Source: Octopus vulgaris (Eukaryota). Taken from it: a stretch of 64,000 nucleotides of DNA. The translations under genes were made by a program, and so were the position numbers. The notes beneath the pieces are model-generated. The model was not told where the DNA came from. It searched no databases and was given only the letters and a program-made list of their open reading frames with translations. The stretch lies in the NCBI GenBank assembly GCA_951406725.2, contig OX597819.1, positions 97,960,001 through 98,024,000 of the forward strand, read 5' to 3'. This document shows, one piece after another, positions 14,598 through 28,121 of this stretch; the first letter of the stretch is position 1, and each line of letters begins with the position of its first letter.

Positions 14598-15327
14598 GTC
14601 ATTATTCAGTTTATTTCAAGATTTCTTACCAATAGACAAAGAATCGGTTTCTAACCTAGATCCAGGGCTTCTTCATTGGAATTTCAACATCAACAACAGG
14701 GTATTTTTGTATGTATGTATGTATGTATGTATGTATGTATGTATGTATGTATGTATGTATGTATGTATGTATGTGCAGATTTGTATGTTTTATGTACGTA
14801 TTCTCATGCATATAGTTGCTGCATATCTAGGCATGCACATATATATTTAAACGATAAACTTCTGGAACTTTTACAGTTCCAGTGATGGATTGTATCTATA
14901 ATCTTCGAATTAACTTATTTCTTTTTGGTTTTGAGAATCCTATTTTCTTAAGATTGGTATTTAGGCAGTGTGTTACATATCCCAGTGACCCAAAAATTAC
15001 AGGTATAAACCTGAACTTGTAATCTAGATAGAGTAACTGCAGATTTCTCAATAGTTCAGCATAGGTGTTCTCTTTTTCACTGATCTTCAGTTTTATGTTA
15101 ACATCCGCTGGGCAGCTAATTTCCACAACTGTGCACAGTTTCTCTTCTCTATCCCAAATCATTATATCAGATCTCTTGTGCTTACATTTTACTGAGGTCT
15201 TCATTGGTACATTCCACCATTATTCCTTTTTATTATGAGTGGCTATGGCTTCTACCATACTGTGGGTTCTTATTTCTTTGTCCTCGGGATTATCCTTCCG
15301 ATGGATTTCATTATAGAGTGTCCTAGC
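14598..15327 (-). mobile_element. 5'-truncated R4/Dong-like non-LTR retrotransposon: restriction-like endonuclease (RLE) domain plus a 3' UTR containing (CATA)n
   Basis: ORF KRSDIMIWDREEKLCTVVEISCPADVN..KEN.Y.EL..IPVIFGSLG fits a PD-(D/E)xK endonuclease. The 3' UTR ends AATAAA..GAATAATGAC, and both ends abut TATG-type repeats. Confidence 0.8.
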
Positions 15328-16053
15328 TATGTATGTATGTATGTATGTATGCATGTATGTATGTATGTATGTATTTGCATGTAAGCTTACGGTGGTGCAC
15401 CGTTGGACTGATCTTGAAACCATACAGTCATACATATATATATATACAGATATATATATATATACATCTTATACTTACAAATTTACTTGATTTACTATAA
15501 CAGGTGAATTCCTAGATAAATAATTTAAAATACTGGCTTCATACATCACAACATGCGGTATAAAGAAAAATAGTGAAGAATAAATCTTGGTTTGTTTTTA
15601 GAAGATCAGAAAAGCATTAATGAAAAATTAGATTATCATAAAAAGATATCAGACAAAAAGAAAAAAAGTAAGTAAAACATATTTTTCAAATAACCAAAGA
15701 AAAGTTTTCTAAAAGAGGTATAAGTGAAAATTATTTCGTTAAAACAGCCATTAGCTTACATGAAGAACTAATGTTATTACAAGCGTTAGAATAAACATTT
15801 TCATTAAGAGAATATACAATGGTCTAGCTACAATGGCTTTCGTTCACAACAAAGAAATCAATCCATATTGAAAATATTACGTTTAGTTTGTACAAATTTA
15901 AAGCAGTTTCTAACGAAAACCGACTTGAAATTCAACAACATAAATAACTATAAACAAGTAAGTAAATAAATAAATGAACGAATATTAAAAAAAACAAACA
16001 TCTAAAACACACATATGTACATGTACAAATAAATGTATGGATATATGTATGGA

Positions 16054-16136
<83 letters not shown>

Positions 16137-16277
16137 TTATATATATCCTCACCTAAGGCACATTACAGGCGGTGCTGAAACATATTGAAAAAATAAAAGA
16201 TATGCGTTGTAAATAAACAACTCAATATTCGTATACGTTTTTTATCTGCCGCTTATTTACAATGCATTTTTCACTTA

Positions 16278-16321
<44 letters not shown>

Positions 16322-17210
16322 CACAATCATACTGACGAGTGAGTTTGTGTGTTTGTGCGTGTCTGTATCTTTGTGTGTACATAAAAAAACAAACTTTTAT
16401 GCAATCATACTTTTGAAATATACTTCACACTCTTCTGTTCTTTTTGATTAAAGATGAAAATCGTAAACGTTAGTAAATTAACAATTTCAGTAAACGATAA
16501 GTGAAAATTCCACGACTAAAATTCAACATTTGGTGCAAAAGTACGTTATTCCCTCGGCAGTTGAACATGCATTTTACAGCAAAGAGCTATTGCAGCGTAG
16601 ATTAACACAGTACATAGAAGTAAACGAAAAAAAAAAAAAACTTAAGCTCCATCCTCTATAGACACAATTGTGCAAAATCGAGAAAATTAATCATCGAAGC
16701 ATTATAAATAGCAGAATAAAAGCTGAAGAAAAATATAAAAATTTAAAAAAAACACAACTCACAGACACAGTACACATGAAATAAACTATAAAGGTTGATA
16801 AACCCGATTATGGTGATTTTACATTTTGTAATATTATTTTCATAATACTTCGCTTCGTAATGCAAAATGCAACAATACTACGATACTACAGAACTTAGCA
16901 ACGTAATTATCTCAGACTGAAGTCTCAAACTTTCAACGATTCAGAAAATAATAAAATATTTCAATTGAAAAAAGCAAAGAAATTCATCAAACAGAACACA
17001 TTTACTCCTATCAAAGCAAAGAAAAATAAATTCAAACATAGTCGCGTCTTTAGTAATACGCCTGAGGGAAGAAAAATGTGCTGTTCCGTGGTTTGTTGCT
17101 AGTTTGGGCCTCAACAACCCCCAGCAGGGTAGGCTGGACGTGGGGTCTAATACCGAAAGACCCGAAAGTCTCTAAGACACCAGGAACATGATTGATGATA
17201 CATCCTAGGG

Positions 17211-17429
17211 CAGTGGTTTTCAACCAGGGTTCCGTGGAACCTTAGAGTTCCGCCAGTACAGTCCAGGGGTTCCGCAAGTAGTTACAAAACTGCTAACATC
17301 GGCAGTAATTTTAAATTCTCCTGTGCAGATATGTGTGCATAAGACTATTAAATTATTGCACAGGGGTTCCTCGAGCCAGTGGATTGTTTCCTTGGGGTTC
17401 CGCTCCAGCAAAAAGTTTGAAAAGCATTG
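17211..17429. mobile_element. hAT (Charlie-like) MITE
   Basis: TIR CAGTGGTTTTCAA / TTGAAAAGCATTG. 8-bp TSD tcctaggg / tcctagtg. Confidence 0.85.
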
Positions 17430-17721
17430 TCCTAGTGCATTCGTGTCTTGGATACTAGTTCCAAGACGCGAATGCCCTAGTCGAAGCAGGGACAGCTGAA
17501 GAAGGGAAATGTTCCTTGTGTTGTATGTCTTGTACTCTGTTTTTTTCGTTGTTTGAAATGTCCATTACCATGTTTTTGTTTTTATGTTTTCGTTTCTCGT
17601 TGTGTTCTCCGTTTTTTTGGTGTCCTGTACCCATATATGCATGTATATATATACATACAGATCTAGGTATGTACATATATGCATGTATGTATGTATGCAT
17701 ATGTTTTATTTATTAATTTGT

Positions 17722-17761
<40 letters not shown>

Positions 17762-17784
17762 TACACATATAAATACATATATAA

Positions 17785-17856
<72 letters not shown>

Positions 17857-17882
17857 ACACGTATACACACATACTTACATGC

Positions 17883-17916
<34 letters not shown>

Positions 17917-18474
17917 GTCTGTGAACTAAAAATACATATTTATATACATAAATAAGGCGCACATATTTAAGTATAAATATATACAAATATCAATATAACT
18001 TAATAGAACATAATATACAATACAGGTATGAGTCTATAAGGCAGAAGTACTGAAACAAATTTCGCCACAAAAAATTGGCCACAACATTCTCTAAAAAGGA
18101 AACATATCATATAAAGCGTTTGTATCCTGCCTATTGAACTGACGAACATGTTATCGATAAATTCATCAAACAGAACACATGTACTCCTATCAAATATAAG
18201 CTAGCAGGGTTTAAATATAAAATCCCAGATATTAAATTTCTCTTCATCGCTGGCAGACACTGAGCTGACGAAAGAAGCTCTGTTGTTGCCTGGCGTGTTT
18301 AAAATAACAGCTAAACTCGCTCAAATAATATCTTATTGTACTATAGATGGAAGGTTACAGTAGATAATTTAGTTTTAAATTCAGTAATATGTGTATAACA
18401 TTTAGGATATGTTACTTAATGACTGACCTACAACAAGAACAAATGGATAAAATGTACGAAATAAGTTAGTAATA

Positions 18475-18991
18475 CCGTAAATCCTCGAGTATAGTCCGCC
18501 CTTGAGTATAATACGCGGGGGATTTTTAGGGGGTTGTACCTCTGAAAAACCTAAACCTTGTGTATAATACGCACCCTTTTCTAACTTGAGTCAAGGAGGT
18601 CTATATAATGTCCTTGGTTTGTAAAACTGTATACGGTAAAGTCCTTTATTATTATTATTGTATATATAACATAATACAAACGTGTAGCTTTCTTGTGCAT
18701 TTTGCATGCAGAAAATAAAGAAATTACAGTAATAACAGTTATAACGTTTAATAAATGTTGCTTACTGCAAGTTATGGATGATTCTTTTATGACTTCATTG
18801 CTTTCAGGCTTAGCTTAAGGCATTTTCGCGCCCGACATCAGAAAATGAATAAACATTGTCGGACAGCAAATAGAGACTCGAACATTGCTTAGAAAATAAT
18901 TTTCATTTTTAACCTCGTATATAGTACACACTAGGGATTTTGACCTTTAAATTTTGAGGGAAAAATGCGGATTATACACGAGGATTTACGG
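18475..18991. mobile_element. pogo/Tc2-like MITE
   Basis: TIR CCGTAAATCCTCG.GTATA.TCCGC at both ends, TA duplicated, non-coding interior. Confidence 0.85.
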
Positions 18992-20298
18992 TATGTAAAA
19001 AGTTACGAAGGCGTCAAGCTGGTAAGGTCGTTAGCACGTCGGGCAAAATACTTAGCGGTATTTCGTCTGTCTTTACGTTCTGAGTCGACTTTGCCGTTCA
19101 TCCTTTCGAGGTCGATAAAATAAGTACCAGTTGAGTACTGGGGTCAATGTAATTGACTTATGCCTCCCTAGAATTGATGGCCTTGTGTTAAAACTTGAAA
19201 CCAATGCATAAAACATTACGATTAAGATGTTTATTATCCGTCCACATTATATATATCAATGAAAACTGGATTTTTAGATTCTTTCTTGCAACATTCGCCA
19301 ACAACCTCATATGTTCTGGTAAATAAAGTCAAACGAAGAGCGAGAATGTAGAATAAAGGGTTGTGTGCGGAAATACAACCGAATAACTGCACCTGATTTG
19401 AACTCACGGCCTTTTAATTGTTAGCCCTATTTCTTATCACACACACACACACACACAAACAAACAAAAATAGGAGTGTAACGCACCAGATAAGCCAGACT
19501 TTTCGCCTAGTTTTCTATTTTGAATATTATGCCTATGTTTCGATTGCGTCTTCAGTTGACGAGGGATATGTTATTCCACACCTTGATTAGAGTTGCATCA
19601 CAATTATTCTTTCAGGGACATGAAAACCCCACTGTATATTTCAAAATGCAAAGATTAGTTTTATACCTTTTTGTTCAATGAGGGATCGAGATATAAAAAA
19701 TAGTTTCCTTTGTCACATATCTAGGGCCATTCTGTCTCAGATTGCTTCGGCAAAATAAGGATGGCTAGAAACATTTCCCTTACTTCTCAATTAGATCTTT
19801 CCTTTCATTCCCTCGCTTGGCAAAACGCGCATGTGTGTAATCACAATTTGAGGCAGAAATTAATGTCGTCGTTATTGTGAAATAAGTGCATTTTACTTTG
19901 GAATGAACTTTTTTAAATCTTCTAAATGGTCTCTAAAAATGAGAACTCAAGGTATCCAACCACTATTCAATGATTGAAACCAGTAAAAGAGTGTGTGTGT
20001 GTGTATGTATGTATGTATAGATAAATATACATGTATATATATGTACGTGTGTATATACACATATATTCATGTATAAGTGTATATAATTCATGTATACCAC
20101 GTTTGTGTAAATTACAGACAACACACACATACACACACACACATATATATATATATACATTTTATCATATATGATGATATATACATTGATATAATATATA
20201 AGTTGGTATATGTAATTTTATTTATAGTTGCGAAGCTACATCAGTGGCACAGGTGTGTGCGACCCAGTGCGTGTGTAGGTGTGTGTATATGTGTGTAT

Positions 20299-20374
<76 letters not shown>

Positions 20375-20553
20375 CGGGAACTGGAATTTCATAGAATTAA
20401 AGTAGTAACATTGAAGAGGAACCAGCGATAAAAATTAGTGCATACACACGTGAAAAAATTTCCAGAATCGTCAATCGCTATTAGTGTAAAACTGGTGTAC
20501 GCTTGGATAAAGAAAGAACAACTTCTTTCTATACAGACTTATTAATCACTCGT

Positions 20554-20611
<58 letters not shown>

Positions 20612-21355
20612 TTATGAAAATCAAAACCCGTTAAAGGACGGATGAAGTCAGGACAGTCAACGATCTTCCAATTGCACAATGTGTGTGTATATATGTATTT
20701 GAGAGAGTGTGTGTGTGTGTTTGTGTCTGTGTTTGTCCTCCTCCACCACTTGACAACCGGTGCTGGTGTGCTTACGTCCCTGTAACTTAGCGGTTCGGCA
20801 AAAGAGGCCGATAGAATAAGTAGCAAGCTTTAAAAAAAAGTACTGGGGTCGATACATGCAGTGCCTCAGCATGGCTGCAACCTAATGACTGAAAGGAGTA
20901 CAAGATAAAAGATAAAAGATATATCTATACTAGAGTGTAATCCGTCCTGCGACGTTTAAATTTTACCTTTGTCGGACATGTCCAGAAACATGGTATATGT
21001 AAAATAATTATAATTTAGCTTTTAACAAAATTCCTCGTTGCTTATATAAAATGGCTTAGTGAATACAGCAACTTTCAAAAAATAACTTAATGCTTTAATA
21101 TGAAATATAATGAAACAAATTTTTCATGTGCATTTTTATAATAAATATGTTTTTAATTTTTGAAATGTTATCAACGTAGTTGCAATCTCCTTCATCTCTG
21201 TAAAATTTAATCTAAAAAAGTTTTATTTTTCAGAAAGTCATAAAACACCCATAATAAAACCCCTTATGTTAACCCTCTCTCTGTCTATTTTTACTCTCCT
21301 CTTTTCTATATTCAATGTAAAACACGACTGTTGATTCAACCACCCAACTGAGTTT

Positions 21356-21522
<167 letters not shown>

Positions 21523-22721
21523 CACACACATACACGCGCTCGTGCCCCCCACATATATACAACACACACACGCACGTACACGTACGCGCTCATACACACA
21601 CGCTCGCACACACACACACACACTCACACACACACACATACACTGAACTTGCACTGCTAGTCATACCTTTCATTATTGGTCGACTGGTGATCACAATGAT
21701 TCCACACGATACATTTGTATCCTTTCCAATATCCGGATTCTTCTGGTCCAAAACAAAGGTTTTATTTCTCTCTTTCGCCTGTATAATCACCCTACCAAAC
21801 TAGGAGGCTTGTTGAAGATATAGTTGCAAATCTCACCTGTGCTCTATCTCTAATATATCTCTGTTTTAACCATGATAAAACTGTCTCTTCTTTCTTCTGC
21901 AGTTCCTAAATCCTTTCTCCTTCTTTCCGTCCAAGTGCAATATCGGCCAACTAGATCCAGGCCCACAATATCCCATCTCCACTGGAAATACTACACATAC
22001 CTTATACGCTTCTCTCGGTACCTCATATTTTAAGCAGTTCGTTCCATAACATTTCCATATAGACTTCCGAAGGTACCATCTACTCTACAATCACCACTGT
22101 GTTTGTTTGGTCAAATTATGCCCTATTGTTGTAATATAACTGAGAAACACAAGCATTTTCTTCAGATCCACCCCCACATTTCGGTCATTGGCATTATTTA
22201 GATAGTTAGATATTGGATTTTATTTGCATATAGATTTGCATTATCTTTCTGCCTCTTCCTTGAGGAAAACAATCGGATGATGGTTCACATCGCAGTGATG
22301 ATTCTGATTTAGTGCATTGAAAGAATGTTCAAAACTTGGGTATGCCACCAGGTATGTTCTAACAAGGATGTCATGCATGCTGCTAGAACATTTTCCAACT
22401 TGTGTAACATACCTGACGATCACAGTGAGTTATCTCGATACAGATTCACCGCTAAATAAACTAGATTCTTTTTCTCACTGCTCGAGTTTCACGTCCATTC
22501 GATCTCCAGGTAAGAACTGTCGTTTTTCGACAATCGGACTGGTTTATATACATTGATGTGGGTTCTTTCATTCGTTAATGGTTACAGTTTTCATTTGGCT
22601 GGTTTCTAATATTGCCTAATACGTTATGAGTGTTGCTGCCGTATTTCTGTATATATGTATGTCTTTACATATGTATGTATGCATGTATGTATGTATGTAT
22701 GTATGTATGTATGTATGTATG

Positions 22722-22755
<34 letters not shown>

Positions 22756-22849
22756 TGTATGTATGTATGTATTAATGTGTGTATGTATGAATGTATGCAT
22801 GTATGTATGTATGCGTTTCGAGCTATGTTATTCCATTAAATGAAATATT

Positions 22850-23275
22850 TCTCACATTATAAACTTGAGAACAGTCTTGCATTTTTACTGTTTTACTTAC
22901 AGATTGAACTTATAACGTGCGAGTTAGTCGGTTGATTTCTTTTTCTGAAAATCCAAGTTTATCCAGATTGTCGCTTAGGCATTTACTCACAAATCCTTGT
23001 GCACCAATTATTATTGGTATAAATGTGAACTTATAATCTGGATATAGAAGCTGGGGGTTTTGAAGCAGTTGTCCATAGTTATCCTCTTTCAAAGTGATAT
23101 TTACGACAGTAGGCGCAGGAGAGGCTAGGTGGTAAGTAGCTTGCTTACCAACCACATGGTTCCGGGTTCAGTCCACTGCGTGGCACCTCGTGCAAGTTTC
23201 TTCTACTATAGCCTCGGGCCGACCAAAGCCTTGTAAGTGGATTTGGTAGATGGAAACTGAAAGAAGCCTGTCGTA

Positions 23276-23342
<67 letters not shown>

Positions 23343-24650
23343 TTGTGTGTCTGTGTTTGTTCCCCCAACATCGCTTGACAACCGATGCTAGTGTGTTTAC
23401 GTCCCCGTAACTTAGCGGTTCGGTAAAAGAGACCGATAGAATAAGTACTAGACTTGCAAAGAATAAGTCCTGGGGTCGATTTGCTCGACTAAAGGCAGTG
23501 CTTCAGCATGGCCGCAGTCAAATGGCTGAAACAAGTAAAAGAGTAAAAGAGTAGGACAGCTGACGTCTGTGATGGTACACACTTGACGGATGTTTTGATG
23601 GAAATGTTTCACCAGTATTATTTCTGCTGTTGTTTGTGTCTGTATTCGATAATGAGTGGATTCTCTGTATTGATTGCAGGACAGTCTCTTTTTTTCTTTT
23701 CTGAATGGCATTGTATAGTACTTTTGCGACAACGTCGTGTCGCATAGGGAAGTAGTACCTTGATAACAATTTTGACAAGCAGCTAATCACAACTGAGACG
23801 TCTTCCACAGAAATATGACATAATCTACATTTTCGGTTTCATCTTGGAACACCAAGGGCTTCACTGTCTCTTTTGTTGAATAGGTATTTCGTAGCCATAT
23901 TCTGTTCTTGTGTTGCAAATGCACAGCATTAGAAGTTTGGTGAGATGCTGCGGTCACGAGTCCAAGAGAGGTTTCGCTTCATATCAGTATTACTCTCTTC
24001 TTCTAGGACGGTGAGGTGGCAGAACTGTTAGCACGCCAGGTATAATGCTTAGCGGCATTTCGTCCGTCTGTACGTTCTGAGTTCAAATTCCCCCAAGGGT
24101 GACTTTGCCTGTCATCCTTTTGGGGTTAATAAAATAAGTACCAGTTGAACACTGAGTGGGGGAGTCGATGTCATTCACTTACCCCTCCCCAGAATTTCTG
24201 GCCTTTGCCAAGATTTGAAACTAATATTACTTCCTTCTTCAAGCCTTTGGGAAACATACCAATGCATGTCCTTTTTTGATATGCTGAACATTTCACAAGG
24301 TCTTCTTTGAGGTATGTTAGTCCGGCTGTTTTGGGGTTGGATGGGAGGTCATCAGGAAGAGATTGTTTCCTGAGGAGCTCGCTGCCAACACTTAGGATAT
24401 TGTTCTCTTCACTTTTCAGTACTAATTTGATGTATTTATTTTTGCTGATGTTGTTTAGAAAGTGTTGTCTATGAGAGATTATATGACAATCGAAGGCTGT
24501 CTGCACTGATCTCAATCCTCTACCTCCTTTATCTCTTCTTAGGTAGAACTTGTCGATATCCCTATTTCTGTAGATGCTTCCATTTGATGTTAGTAACTTG
24601 CAGGTTTTAATGTCTATGGGGTAGATTTCGTCTACAAACCAGTCAAATAT
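22850..24650 (-). mobile_element. R4/Dong-like LINE fragment (RT C-terminus, CCHC knuckle, RLE) interrupted by two SINEs
   Basis: Motifs DKFYLRRDKGGRGL, ATQEQNMATKY, KCRLC..VEDVS..ISC...RHDVVAK and YKFTFIPIIIGAQG. Confidence 0.8.
23111..23553 (+). mobile_element. SINE family A, full length, inserted in the R4-like LINE
   Basis: Head, internal microsatellite and (aaaagagt)n tail are all present. Confidence 0.9.
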
Positions 24651-25239
24651 TTATATAAAGCGTCACTAAAAGTTAGCAAACGATCTTTCTGACATCGACT
24701 GAGCCAATTTCATCGGAGATAATATATATATATATACTGGCCTAGTGGTCAGGATGTTGCACTCACAATCGCGAGATCATGGTTTCAAATCCTAGACCGA
24801 GTGGTGCGTTGCGTTCTTGAGCAAAGTACTTCATCTCACAATGCTCTGCAATCGCTTCGATGCCCAATGCGCGGCACACTGTGCTCCTGTTCAGGCAACG
24901 TCGATTTGATGGAGGAAGTGAGCTAATGTACAGCACATAAATTTGATCACTATAAACAAACCTTTTGTGCATGTCGTTCGGCAAAAAAAGCAACTGAATA
25001 CTCATACGTCATTTTCGACGGCAGAGTCCATCATATACCTACCTACCTACCTACCTACCTACCTACCTACCTACCTACCTACCTACCTACCTACCTACAT
25101 ACATACCTACTTACCTACCTACTTACCTACCTACCTACCTACTTACCTACATACCTACATACATACAGGCAGGCAGGCAGGCAGACAGACAGACAGACAG
25201 ACAGACAGACACAGACATATATAAATGTTGGTAAACATG

Positions 25240-26960
25240 GAACTGTGTCGCTGTAGTTTTTCTGATTATCCTTTGATGCCGTTAGCACGATTGAAGCTAA
25301 CTTTCAAAGTGTTCTGGTTAAATATTTGATGAAACCTGTGGCCAATAGAGAAATACTGGGTCAGGCTGAAGAAAGTTCTGATGAAGTCTGATGCCACACT
25401 CAGGCTATGCAGGGGATTAAACCAAATAATGTAGCGCCTGGGCAGTCTCGTATTGTTTTTTGAGGAGTTAACATGTGGTAGATATTGTGTTTCAAGACAT
25501 TATAGTAGAGTTCTGCACGATTAACAACTGTCTTATGCACCAATAATTAAACTCCCAATTTGGGAAATATTTACTTATGCTTAAGTCTAATGTAATATCT
25601 AAAAGAAAAAAATAAGGAAATGACTACATTGCTATTGGTAATGTAGAATTTTCTTAAGCCTGTATGACTGCTGGTCGTTCATATGGCAGGGATTAAAAAG
25701 GTCACCAGTAATACCGAAAGTCTGTGAGGCTAGATTTTCCCGGAGATAATCAAAAATATATAAAATCACTCATCCACGATCAACAACATCATCATCATCA
25801 TCATACAATCCCGTAGCTAAATAAAAAGTTTCGTTGGTATTGCACTTTAGCGAAGCACAGTCTTCAAAAGTAATAAAAAAAACTTCCTGACATGCATGAT
25901 AGTGTTAATGTCAAAGTGGTAAAATTCCTGCTAAGAAGAAATGAACGAGCAAAAATTTACTATATCAATCTAGTTCAACTTTTTACTACGTTTATTATCT
26001 ATTTATTGAAATCGAATAGATAATAAATGACTACCTATTATTCCATAGAGGTAATTCTAAGCTTGACTGATTTCTGATAATTGCATCTAAAACATGTTTC
26101 CTAACTACACCTCATTTACTCTTTTCCGGGTTCATGAACCCACATTTAGGATAAGCTTCACACTTGTCTTTGTGAACGCTTAGAAGTATTATTACTTTGT
26201 GGAACGCTAAACATTCTGCCTGCTCATTTATTGTAAATTTGATACTTAGTGTTAAGGTATCACAATTAATCTTATAACTTTAGTTTTCCTGTGTGTATTT
26301 GTAATGATTTTGAAGGTATCCTAGGTATATCATATTCGCACAAGGGGTCGTGTCTTGTAATAGTGAACAAGTATTTCAGCTGCATATTGTGTCAAAGGTT
26401 CTCTAGTAGCCAACTGTTGTTGAAATGGTACTTCGTAAGCAGTTGAAAACCATTACTAAACTCTAGCCTCCTTTTGTCTTTCTCTCAATATTAAATCGTT
26501 TTCTCAAAGGATTAATGGTTGAATTTTTCCAATCATATTCTGGAGAATCTGGATCGAGCTGTTCAAACACAACTTAAAAAATTACTCATTTTGACATCTT
26601 CCGATAATCGGCTGAATTCAGGGATTGGGTTAGTTTCAAAATATCATCACCAAAACAAGGCTAGCCACAATACAATTACATAAGTAGACTTTCTTTAGAA
26701 TTCTTTGGAATTCGTTGAAAGTTCTTTGACATTTTAGAAGTTCCTCAAAGAACTACATGTATCCTAATATTATTTTGTATTCTTTCAAACCGCATTCTGT
26801 TATTCACAGATTCTTACAGGTGACTGGAAATTATTTGTAAACTACCTGGTGATTCTTCTATACGTTTGCACTTATCGAGTCTCTGCTTCTTTATTAACAT
26901 AAAGTCAATCATATTCTTTGATATTTGTTATATAAACATTTTCTTCATTGTTGCTGATGC
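25240..26960 (-). mobile_element. Decayed Penelope-like element (PLE) ORF: reverse transcriptase and linker
   Basis: Minus-strand fragments HKDKCEAYPKCGFMNPEKSK (cf. KDHK..PKCRLINP.KSE), DINTIMHVRK, IIWFNPLHS (cf. IIWFNPPYS) and HRFHQIFNQNTLKVSF (cf. HKIFNRNTVKVSY). Many stops and frameshifts. Confidence 0.8.
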
Positions 26961-27935
26961 CATATAACGATCGATCTTTTTCTTTATTTTTTCTTTTTTT
27001 GTAACACTCAAGTCCCCTTGAGAAGTTTGTCGGAGACAAAATATTTCATCTAGGATCATTCTACGTTTGTATATACGTTATAAATGTTCTACCCATTGTT
27101 ATATTAACCCAAAGCTGTTTCAAATGTTCATATTAATATGCATATATATGCTTATTAGTTGCAAGTGAAACAGAAGACCTCTCTATACGCAACTAATAGA
27201 ACCTTTTACCACATATCCACTTTACCCAACCCAATTCATTTGAATTATGATAATTCCAGCTTCCTACTGGGCAAATTTCATACACATTCACACGTTCATA
27301 TTTGTATGTACACGTGTATATGTATGGATGAGTATCTATGTATACATAATTGAAAATTTATTCATTATTCATATTTTATTATCCATTATATTCGCTGGAT
27401 TATCGTAACTCTCCAACCAGAACACGTCAACAACAATAGCAAGAATAACTAATTTACTATTTAAGTAACACCTTTCAAATAATATATTCATCAATAAATA
27501 TTAAAACATTAAAGGTTTATGACGTTAAAATGAAATAAAAATTGCATGGAAATGTAAACAAAATGGGGTCGCCTATTTACATAAGCTTTACCACCCGATG
27601 AGTATAAATACATACCTCTTCTACTGTGTGGCAGATTATGGAAATGTTTCAAACAAACGGTTTGCAAATTTTTATTGATAGTATATTTCTTCAGTAATGA
27701 ATATTAATGGTTGTCTATAACGTTAATAAACATGTTAGATCGTAATATCATGCTAACAAAATCGAATCGATACATACATACATTCATACATACATACATA
27801 CATACATACATACATACATACATACATACATACATACATACATACACGCATATATGAGTGTGTATGTATATGTGCGTATGCGTGCATAATGGATTTGTAA
27901 GACTAAAAGAAGTCCGTCGTATATATATATATATA

Positions 27936-28121
27936 GGCTGCCCCCTCGTTATCGAGTATAGCCATTGCACGAAGCTTAATCAATGTTGTTATCGTGCAAT
28001 GCCTGTGCAAGAATATTTTTTTTAAAGTAAGGAAAAGTTGTGCACTGAGTCAATCCCACTCACTAAGCAACAGCAGCCATAATTCGAAAAGAAGAACAAG
28101 TCAACATCATCGGTAACCATC
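27936..28121 (-). mobile_element. Truncated copy of the 59197-59543 element, nested in the internal (TA)n of a family A SINE
   Basis: Near-identical to 59200-59382. SINE A head remnant at 27890-27920 and SINE A 3' half at 28190-28360 flank it. Confidence 0.75.

Noticed and set aside
14640-14690. Hammerhead in the R4-like 3' UTR (ccaatga..gaaaccg on the minus strand)
   Set aside because: Neither this copy nor the 1035 copy has CUGANGA, and stem I is absent.
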